From contig NZ_UWOE01000001.1 in assembly GCF_900604355.1 (NCBI RefSeq), positions 292,617 through 316,616 on the forward strand: a stretch of DNA of 24,000 nt. Reading direction: 5' to 3'. Under the pieces are notes generated by a model. The model saw only the letters and a list, made by a program, of their open reading frames with translations. It was not told the origin of the DNA and ran no database searches. Made by a program: the position numbers and the translations under genes. The stretch's first letter is position 1; each line of letters starts with the position of its first letter. Positions 17,617 to 24,000 of the stretch are shown here, piece after piece. Source of the DNA: Luxibacter massiliensis (GTDB taxonomy: Bacteria > Bacillota > Clostridia > Lachnospirales > Lachnospiraceae).

Positions 17617-18942
17617 ATGGGAAATTTACAGTTTTTGCTGAGGCAGCATGTAGGTGCTCCGTGTAAGCCAGTTGTTGAAACCGGGGATGAAGTGGAGAAG
17701 GGCACATTGTTGGCTGTACCGGAAGGCCTTGGCGCTAATATTTTTTCTAGTGTATATGGGGAAGTGGAAGCTGTTCTTGAGGACCGGGTTGTTATCAGGC
17801 CTGATGAAGAACAGAAAGAAGGATTTGTTCCAATCAGTGAAGGGACGTATCTGGATATGGTGAAGGAGGCCGGTGTAGTCGGGATGGGCGGAGCTGGTTT
17901 TCCTACAGGCGTTAAGCTTGGCACGGATCTGAAAGGCGGATATATTTTGGTAAATGCGGCTGAGTGCGAGCCGGGATTATACCATAATATCCGGCAAATT
18001 GAGGAGAATATGGAGATAACACTCAGAGGGATTAAATACTGTATGGAGATTTCTAATGCAGCTAAAGCTATTATCGCAATTAAAGCGAAAAATAAGAAGG
18101 CTGTGGAAATAATCCGCAGCGCAATTCAGGAGGAAGAGTCTATATTTATCCATCTTTTGCCAGATATTTATCCTATGGGTGAAGAGCGTGCTGTTGTGAG
18201 GGAAGCGCTGGGCAAGTTGCTGGATCCTACACAGCTGCCGTCAGCGGCAGACTCCATTGTGATAAATGTGGAAACGGTTTTGCGTGTAGCAGAAGCTATT
18301 GAGCAGAGAAAACCATGTTACAGTAAAAATATGACTATTATAGGTAAGATAAATGGCGGGAATCAGCCCCATGTTTATATGGATGTTCCCGTTGGGACAA
18401 GTGTAGGAGACCTGATCAGCCAGGCAGGCGGTATTGATGGCGTATATGGCGAGATTATCATGGGAGGGCCTTTCACAGGAACTCCAACAACATTGGATGC
18501 ACCTGTTACGAAAACGACTGGGGGCATAATTGTTACCATTGACCTCCCCGATTTACATGGTGCCCCGGTAGGCCTTTTGATCTGTGCCTGTGGTGGGAGC
18601 GAAGCACGTATGCGTGATATCTGTGAGAAAATGCATGGTAATGTTGTGTCAGTAGGCAGATGTAAACAGGCGGTTGAAATGAAGAATGGAACCTTAAAGT
18701 GTGAGAATCCGGGAAATTGTCCGGGACAGGCCCAAAAATGCCTGCAGTTTAAGAAGGATGGCGCAGAATATATCATTATAGGTAATTGTTCGGATTGTTC
18801 CAACACTGTCATGGGTTCTGCACCAAAGATGAAATTAAAAGTGTTCCACCAGACGGATCACGTGATGAGGACGATTAACCATCCTCTTTATCGCAGGCTT
18901 ACGGTTTCTAAACAGGTAGACCAGCTGCCGGAAGGCAAATAA
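17617..18942 (+). CDS. prdC: PrdC-like, RnfC-related electron transfer protein of the proline reductase cluster
   Basis: RQHVGAPCKPVVETGDEVEKGTLLA, GVVGMGGAGFPTGVKL, NAAECEPGLYHN. AAAAGGAG RBS. Immediately upstream of prdA. Confidence 0.9.
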   Translation: MGNLQFLLRQHVGAPCKPVVETGDEVEKGTLLAVPEGLGANIFSSVYGEVEAVLEDRVVIRPDEEQKEGFVPISEGTYLDMVKEAGVVGMGGAGFPTGVKLGTDLKGGYILVNAAECEPGLYHNIRQIEENMEITLRGIKYCMEISNAAKAIIAIKAKNKKAVEIIRSAIQEEESIFIHLLPDIYPMGEERAVVREALGKLLDPTQLPSAADSIVINVETVLRVAEAIEQRKPCYSKNMTIIGKINGGNQPHVYMDVPVGTSVGDLISQAGGIDGVYGEIIMGGPFTGTPTTLDAPVTKTTGGIIVTIDLPDLHGAPVGLLICACGGSEARMRDICEKMHGNVVSVGRCKQAVEMKNGTLKCENPGNCPGQAQKCLQFKKDGAEYIIIGNCSDCSNTVMGSAPKMKLKVFHQTDHVMRTINHPLYRRLTVSKQVDQLPEGK

Positions 18943-19102
18943 AAGCTGTGTGTAACTGATAGGAAATAGAGGTCCCTGAAAGCCGATAAACTTGGCCTGC
19001 CAGGGGCGGTTCACAATAAAATTTGTGCACCAGAGTTGATTTAGTTGCTATATGAATTTGGCAGATAAGCCGATTTGTATAAGATAAAAGGAGGAAAAGA
19101 GT

Positions 19103-20947
19103 ATGTCAATTACAGCTGAAACAGCAAAAGAACATGCGAAAGACCCGGCAGTGCTTTGCTGCAGGGCCGAAGAGGGCATTACTATTCAGGCGGCGAACCT
19201 GGAGGATCCAGCTATCTTTGATGACCTGGTAGATTCTGGACTTTTAGACCTGGAAGGTGCGCTGACAATTGAACAGGTACTGGGAGCTAAGCTTACTAAG
19301 ACTTGTGATTCTCTGTGCCCATTGACACCAGATGTGGTGGAGGGTGCAAAAGCCGCCGAAGAAAAAGCGGAAGAGAACCCCGCACCGGTTCGGGAAAATC
19401 CCCCTGTTCCACCGGCTGCGGCTATTCCAGCAGTAGGAGGGGTTCTTAAGATCCATATTGGTGAAGGGAAAGATATTGATATTGAACTGCCGATGGGAGT
19501 TGCCGGAGATGGGTCTGCCATTTCGGCGCCTGTCGATGCGCATCACCCCGAAGCTGGCGGGGAGGCTGTAAAGTCTCCAGAGGAGAAGGTGGTCAGAAGC
19601 CTGGTGAGAAAGCATTATAATATTACAGAGGTGAAGCGTGGGCCGGAGACAAAAATTGAAGGGACCACATTGTTTATCCGCGAGGGAATTGAAAAAGAAT
19701 GCATAGAATCTCAGGAACTTGTACATGATCTGAAGATTGATATCATTAATCCAGATAATTACCACACATACTCGGAAACGATTATGGATGTACAGCCTAT
19801 TGCCTGCAAAGAAGGGGAAGATGAGGTTGGCAGCGGCACTACAAGGGTGTTGGATGGCGTGGTTATGATGGTTACAGGTACAGATGCCAATGGAGTGCAG
19901 ATTGGGGAATTTGGTTCTTCAGAAGGGTATCTGGATGAAAATATTATGTGGAACCGCCCGGGGGCGCCTGATAAAGGTGAAATATTCATTAAGACTCAGG
20001 TGACAATTAAAGAAGGGACGAATATGGAGAGGCCAGGCCCGCTGGCAGCCCATACTGCCACGGATCACATTACCCAGGAAATCAGAGAGGCGTTAAAGGG
20101 ATTGGAGGACGACTCCCTGGTTACAGATACAGAAAATTTTGAGCAGATCAGAAGGCCAGGCAAGAAAAAGGTTGTCATTGTCAAGGAAATCATGGGACAA
20201 GGAGCCATGCATGACAATTTGCTCCTTCCTGTTGAGCCAGTCGGCGTACTTGGGGCAAAGCCGAATGTGGATCTTGGTAATGTGCCGGTATGTGTTTCTC
20301 CGCTGGAAGTATTAGACGGATGTATCCATGCGCTGACATGTATCGGGCCGGCATCCAAAGAGATGTCTAGACATTACTGGAGAGAACCGCTTGTTTTGGA
20401 AACACTCCATGATCCTGAGGTGGATCTCTGCGGCGTGATATTTGTGGGCAGTCCGCAGATTAACTCAGAGAAGTTTTATGTCTCAAAAAGAGTCGGCATG
20501 ATGGTAGAAATGATGGATGTAGACGGTGCTTTCATTACGACTGAGGGATTTGGAAATAACCATATTGATTTTGCAAGCCATCATGAGCAGATTGGAATGC
20601 GTGGAATTCCTGTTGTTGGTATGTCTTTCTGCGCAGTTCAGGGTGCTCTGGTCGTTGGTAATAAATATATGACTAATATGGTTGATAATAATAAATCCGA
20701 GTCCGGTATAGAAAATGAAGTGCTTGCCTGCAATACACTCTGCCATGAGGACGCTGTCCGTGCACTTTCGATGCTGAAGAATGCCATGGCAGGAGAGGAA
20801 GTAAAGGCTGCGGAGAGAAAATGGAATCCCAATGTCAAGTCTACGAATGTGGAATTGATATCTAATGTAACAGGCAAGCCGGTCGAACTGGTAAAGAATG
20901 AGCAGTCCCTGCCGATGAGCGAGAAAAGAAAAGAGAAATACGACTAA
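19103..20947 (+). CDS. prdA: D-proline reductase (dithiol) proprotein PrdA; predicted pyruvoyl-forming cleavage at Thr412-Cys413
   Basis: 614 aa protein followed by prdB. Segment LDGCIHALTCIGPASKEMSRHYWREP (ACA TGT at 20336-20341) would split it into 412 and 202 residues, consistent with the known ~45 and ~23 kDa subunits. Confidence 0.95.
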   Translation: MSITAETAKEHAKDPAVLCCRAEEGITIQAANLEDPAIFDDLVDSGLLDLEGALTIEQVLGAKLTKTCDSLCPLTPDVVEGAKAAEEKAEENPAPVRENPPVPPAAAIPAVGGVLKIHIGEGKDIDIELPMGVAGDGSAISAPVDAHHPEAGGEAVKSPEEKVVRSLVRKHYNITEVKRGPETKIEGTTLFIREGIEKECIESQELVHDLKIDIINPDNYHTYSETIMDVQPIACKEGEDEVGSGTTRVLDGVVMMVTGTDANGVQIGEFGSSEGYLDENIMWNRPGAPDKGEIFIKTQVTIKEGTNMERPGPLAAHTATDHITQEIREALKGLEDDSLVTDTENFEQIRRPGKKKVVIVKEIMGQGAMHDNLLLPVEPVGVLGAKPNVDLGNVPVCVSPLEVLDGCIHALTCIGPASKEMSRHYWREPLVLETLHDPEVDLCGVIFVGSPQINSEKFYVSKRVGMMVEMMDVDGAFITTEGFGNNHIDFASHHEQIGMRGIPVVGMSFCAVQGALVVGNKYMTNMVDNNKSESGIENEVLACNTLCHEDAVRALSMLKNAMAGEEVKAAERKWNPNVKSTNVELISNVTGKPVELVKNEQSLPMSEKRKEKYD

Positions 20948-20948
20948 G

Positions 20949-21248
20949 ATGAAGGCATTGAGCTATGGAGACAAAATTATCCGTATGGAAGGCGTCATTG
21001 TAGAAGTCTATGATGGATGCGTGGGAATCGATCTGAAAGGCAGGCTGGGGTACCTAAAAATACCTATGCGCATGCTGATCAGTGATTACCCTCTGAAAGC
21101 TGGCCAGGAGGTTGCATGGAACATGAGTTTTATAGAGCAGCTTGGCCCTGAAGTAAATGATAAATATATAAGCAATCTGGAGGCGTCTAACAGACGACAG
21201 GAAGAAATGCATAAAGCAGACAGAAATAACAAGGAGGTAGAACAATGA
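20949..21248 (+). CDS. Small conserved protein between prdA and prdB (CBO2463/CBO2479-like family)
   Basis: 99 aa, MKALSYGDKIIRMEGVIVEVYDGCVGIDLKGRLGYLKIPMRMLISD. Starts 1 nt after the prdA stop and overlaps the prdB start by 4 nt (ATGA). Confidence 0.8.
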   Translation: MKALSYGDKIIRMEGVIVEVYDGCVGIDLKGRLGYLKIPMRMLISDYPLKAGQEVAWNMSFIEQLGPEVNDKYISNLEASNRRQEEMHKADRNNKEVEQ

Positions 21249-21970
21249 GTTTGACAACCACAAAAGGGTTACAGTCAGAAATTTACGTTCCGATTACCCC
21301 TCCGGCGGTGTGGACACCAGTTAAAAAAGAGCTTAAAGATATGTCTATTGCCCTTGCAACAGCTGCAGGCGTCCACTGCAAGAGTCAGGAAAGGTTTAAC
21401 CTTGCCGGAGACTCTACCTGGAGAAAGATAACGAACGATACGCCGTCAAGCGAACTGATGGTATCCCATGGCGGGTATGATAATGGAGATGTAAATAAAG
21501 ATATTAACTGTATGTTCCCCATAGACAGAATCCATGAATTGGCGGCAGAGGGTTTTATAAGAGCTTGCGCGCCAGTACATGCCGGCTTTATGGGAGGCGG
21601 TGGAAATCAGGATAAATTTAAAAATGAAACAGGGCCTGCAATCGCACAGATGTTCAAAGAAGAAGATGTAGATGCAGTTATCCTGACCGCTGGCTGAGGC
21701 ACCTGCCACCGCTCTGCAGTATTGGTGCAGAGAGCGATTGAAGAGGCTGGAATACCTACAATTATTATTGCGGCCCTTCCCCCAGTTGTCCGTCAGACTG
21801 GTACACCTCGTGCTGTAGCTCCGTTAGTCCCTATGGGTGCTAACGCAGGCGCGCCTAACGATGTAGAAATGCAGACGAATATTATGAAAGCAACACTGGA
21901 GCAGCTGATTAAAATTGATTCACCTGGCAAAGTAGTACCTCTGCCATTTGAATATGTAGCGAAAGTGTAG
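21245..21970 (+). CDS. prdB: D-proline reductase (dithiol) selenoprotein PrdB, UGA = Sec151 (bases 21695-21697), 241 aa
   Basis: The track splits it into 21245-21697 and 21722-21970. Continuous frame reads ...EEDVDAVILTAG-U-GTCHRSAVLVQRAIEEAGIPTIIIAALPPVVRQTGTPRAVAPLVPMGANAGAPND...YVAKV*. Confidence 0.96.
21711..21736 (+). promoter_or_regulatory. Bacterial SECIS-like hairpin downstream of the prdB UGA
   Basis: Perfect 7-bp stem CTCTGCA (21712-21718) / TGCAGAG (21726-21732), loop GTATTGG starting with G at 21719, 21 nt after the UGA. Confidence 0.75.
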
Positions 21971-21980
21971 AAAAATAAGA

Positions 21981-22017
21981 AAAAAGGGGCATTCCTAAAG
22001 GAATTGTCCCTTTTTTC
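21981..22017 (+). terminator. Probable Rho-independent terminator or attenuator downstream of prdB
   Basis: AAAAAAGGGGCATTCC-TAAA-GGAATTGTCCCTTTTTT hairpin with a T-rich tail. Confidence 0.7.
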
Positions 22018-22039
22018 TCAAACAAATCGAAAAATGGAG

Positions 22040-22085
22040 GTCATAGGGGACAGTCCCTTTTGCAAAAGGGACTGTCCCCTATGAC
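22040..22085. repeat. Perfect 46-bp palindrome upstream of the prdD RBS
   Basis: GTCATAGGGGACAGTCCC-TTTTGCAAAA-GGGACTGTCCCCTATGAC is fully self-complementary. It ends about 14 bp before the prdD ATG. Confidence 0.92.
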
Positions 22086-22099
22086 CCGGGAGGTATTTT

Positions 22100-22867
22100 A
22101 TGCCCAATGTTGAGGAGGATTTAAGGCGTCTTGTTATCAAGACATTTCATATTACGGAAGTTATACAGGATGAAAGAAATGATATTCCCTCCCCGGAGAT
22201 GCTGACTGTCAATCCAGAGTGTGCGAAGGAGTTCCTGCGCCAGGAGCCGTTGATTGACAGTATAGGTATTCACATTATTCCTCCGGGGGCGCATGATAGG
22301 CTAACAAATACAATTATGGACATTATCCCAATATCGACAAAGGTGCTTGGGGAACTGGGAGAAGGGATCACCCATACGCTTACTGGAGTGTACGTTATGC
22401 TTACTGGTGCTGATACGGAAGGGAAACAAACTCATGAATTTGGTTCTTCAGAGGGGAATTTAAAGGAACGGTTATATTTGGGGAGGGCTGGCACCCCTTC
22501 GGATGATGACTATATTATATCCTTCGATGTTATCCTGAAAGCAGGGATGGGACAAGAAAGGCCAGGGCCTTTGGCTGCCCATCGTGCCTGCGACAAGTTT
22601 GTGGGCATATACAGAGAGCGGCTTAAGAAATTGAAAGGGGATCTTTGTGCCGAGCGGCATGAATATCATGATATAGTGCGTCCCGGCAAGAAAAAAGTAC
22701 TTATTATAAAACAGGTAGCAGGACAGGGGGCTATGTATGATACATGGCTTTTTCCTAAGGAGCCTTCTGGTGTAGAAGGAGGACGTTCTATTATTGACAT
22801 GGGTAATATGCCTGTGCTGCTTACCCCTAATGAATATCGGGATGGCATACTTAGGGCAATGCAGTGA
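22100..22867 (+). CDS. prdD: Proline reductase cluster protein PrdD (homologue of the N-terminal part of PrdA)
   Basis: 255 aa. Shared with PrdA: LVxKxxxITEV, IGxHIIxPxxxxxxxNTIMDIxPIxxKVxGExGxGxTxxLxGVxVMxTGxD, QxFGSSEG, GPLAAHxAxD, RPGKKKVLIIKQVAGQGAMYD. Confidence 0.9.
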   Translation: MPNVEEDLRRLVIKTFHITEVIQDERNDIPSPEMLTVNPECAKEFLRQEPLIDSIGIHIIPPGAHDRLTNTIMDIIPISTKVLGELGEGITHTLTGVYVMLTGADTEGKQTHEFGSSEGNLKERLYLGRAGTPSDDDYIISFDVILKAGMGQERPGPLAAHRACDKFVGIYRERLKKLKGDLCAERHEYHDIVRPGKKKVLIIKQVAGQGAMYDTWLFPKEPSGVEGGRSIIDMGNMPVLLTPNEYRDGILRAMQ

Positions 22868-22888
22868 ATGAAAAAAGGAGGGGCAGAT

Positions 22889-23350
22889 ATGGGGATAGGA
22901 CCTTCAACCAAGGAGACGACACTACACCATTTCAGAGACCCGTTACTGGATGTGGTTTCATCAGATGAAGATATTGACCTATTAGGCGTGCTTATTGTTG
23001 GGACTCCAGATGAGAACGAAGATAAAATGTTAGTGGGTACCAGAGCTGCTGTCATGGCAGAATGTATGCGTGCCGACGGGGTGATTCTCTCATCAGATGG
23101 ATGGGGGAACAGCGACGTGGACTATGCGAATATGTGTGAACAGCTGGGAATTCGCGGGATCCCAGTTACGGGCCTGAAGTTCAGCGGGAAAAATGGCGGC
23201 TTTGTAGTAGAAAATAAATACCTGTCGGGCATCAAAGACATTAATAAAAGCGAGGAAGGCATTGAGACCTGCGTGGTAGGAGAAAATAATGTCACTGCTT
23301 TAGATGCCAAGACAGTTGCCGCTATGCTCAAACTGAAAATGAGGCAGTGA
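22889..23350 (+). CDS. prdE: Proline reductase cluster protein PrdE (homologue of the C-terminal part of PrdA)
   Basis: MGIGPSTKETTLHHFRDPLLDV...DIDLLGVLIVGTP...VDYANMCEQLGIRGIPVTGLKF parallels PrdA CIGPASKEMSRHYWREPLV...VDLCGVIFVGSP...IDFASHHEQIGMRGIPVVGMSF. AAAGGAGG RBS precedes the ATG at 22889; the track start at 22868 is probably too early. Confidence 0.9.
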   Translation: MGIGPSTKETTLHHFRDPLLDVVSSDEDIDLLGVLIVGTPDENEDKMLVGTRAAVMAECMRADGVILSSDGWGNSDVDYANMCEQLGIRGIPVTGLKFSGKNGGFVVENKYLSGIKDINKSEEGIETCVVGENNVTALDAKTVAAMLKLKMRQ

Positions 23351-23507
23351 CTTATGGCAGAGAAAAAATGAACCTGGGAGAAGTATTGTTTAAGGCGATG
23401 CTGCCAATATCTATTGTGGATGGGGACACGTATAGAAGAAGGAGCGTAGAATGTCTTTTATAAGCTGTCTCGAGAAATATATTTTGTGGCATAAATCTGG
23501 TTTAATA

Positions 23508-23547
23508 AAAAGCGAAAGGCACGACCGCAGTCGTGCCTTTCGCTTTT
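23508..23547. terminator. Strong hairpin downstream of the prd cluster, probable terminator
   Basis: AAAAGCGAAAGGCACGAC-CGCA-GTCGTGCCTTTCGCTTTT, 18-bp perfect stem. Confidence 0.85.
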
Positions 23548-24000
23548 GGTATGTCATTGAGAGGTTTTTCCTCGTTGCCTTGCAGTTTGTATTATATACA
23601 AATCTGGGGAATGTCCTACAATGAGGATGTATATATTAATTGGAGTTTACTGCTGCAAGAACGTTCTTGGGGGAAACAATCGGCAGCAGCATAACTGCAA
23701 CAGCAACCATAAGTGGTTTGCATTTCTTATTGACAAATAGCTAATTTTAGAAAAATCTGCCCTCGATTGGAATGCTCTTTTTTAGCTATTGACTTTAAGA
23801 TGAACACACTATATCACTTTACCACGTTAATGTCAATGGGAAAAGTATATTTTTGGCTTTTCTTTAAAAAATATTTTAAGAAAAAAGGCAGATAAATGAA
23901 AGAAAATGGAAATTAAAGAAAGATATATGGATTTATATACGTATACCCAAAGATTCCGTCCCATAAGGTTATACTTATTGGACTATTAATGTCTAATAAG

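Noticed and set aside
17105-17924. Minus-strand ORFs 17105-17479 and 17355-17924
   Set aside because: They overlap the tRNA-Sec gene and/or antisense prdC, and the translations resemble no protein family.
17617-18942. Possible additional Sec codon in or upstream of prdC
   Set aside because: The full-length frame is open with Cys at the candidate redox sites (e.g. GNCSDCS). The start at 17617 has a good RBS and no in-frame UGA needs explaining.
17418-19102. Sigma54 (-24/-12) promoter for prdC or prdA, expected if a PrdR-type activator controls the cluster
   Set aside because: No convincing TGGCAC-N5-TTGC match was found by eye and no PrdR-like gene is present in the window. A profile scan would be needed to decide.
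20065-20358. Numerous antisense ORFs inside prdA, prdC, selA, selB, yedE and the racemase
   Set aside because: They are shadow ORFs in complementary frames of strongly supported genes, with no family motifs or RBS evidence.
21695-21722. prdB as a disrupted gene in two fragments
   Set aside because: Both parts are in the same frame (21245 and 21722) and joined by a single UGA at the known PrdB Sec position.
23354-23456. Short ORF downstream of prdE ([31 protein letters not shown])
   Set aside because: Only ~31 codons, no recognisable family; insufficient support as a gene.

Overview
The window looks like a chromosomal region of a Clostridia/Lachnospiraceae-type bacterium (inferred from gene content and protein sequences). 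It is dominated by a selenium-utilization and selenoprotein-dependent D-proline reduction island. Left flank: a 5'-truncated MATE transporter, an HD-domain protein, a Sir2-type deacylase, an AGCS sodium:alanine symporter and, on the minus strand, an RlmI-like SAM methyltransferase. The selenium block is yedF, selD (in-frame UGA at codon 18, missed by the ORF track), selA, selB, a LysR regulator, a class-V aminotransferase/cysteine desulfurase, a YedE-type transporter, a TusA-like protein and a DUF3343-like protein. Next come a minus-strand TetR regulator and a minus-strand proline racemase (PrdF-like). A selenocysteine tRNA (selC, 17320-17417) sits directly upstream of a prd cluster: prdC, prdA, a ~99 aa small protein, prdB (in-frame UGA at codon 151), prdD and prdE. 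Non-coding highlights are two 63-bp-period tandem arrays (4 and 5 hairpin units) with array-specific loops and a possible degenerate third copy near the right end, two dispersed palindromes sharing the core GTCCCTTTTGCAAAAGGGAC (one just upstream of the prdD RBS), SECIS-like hairpins after both in-frame UGAs, and a PrdD/PrdE pair that separates at the point corresponding to the predicted PrdA self-cleavage site.
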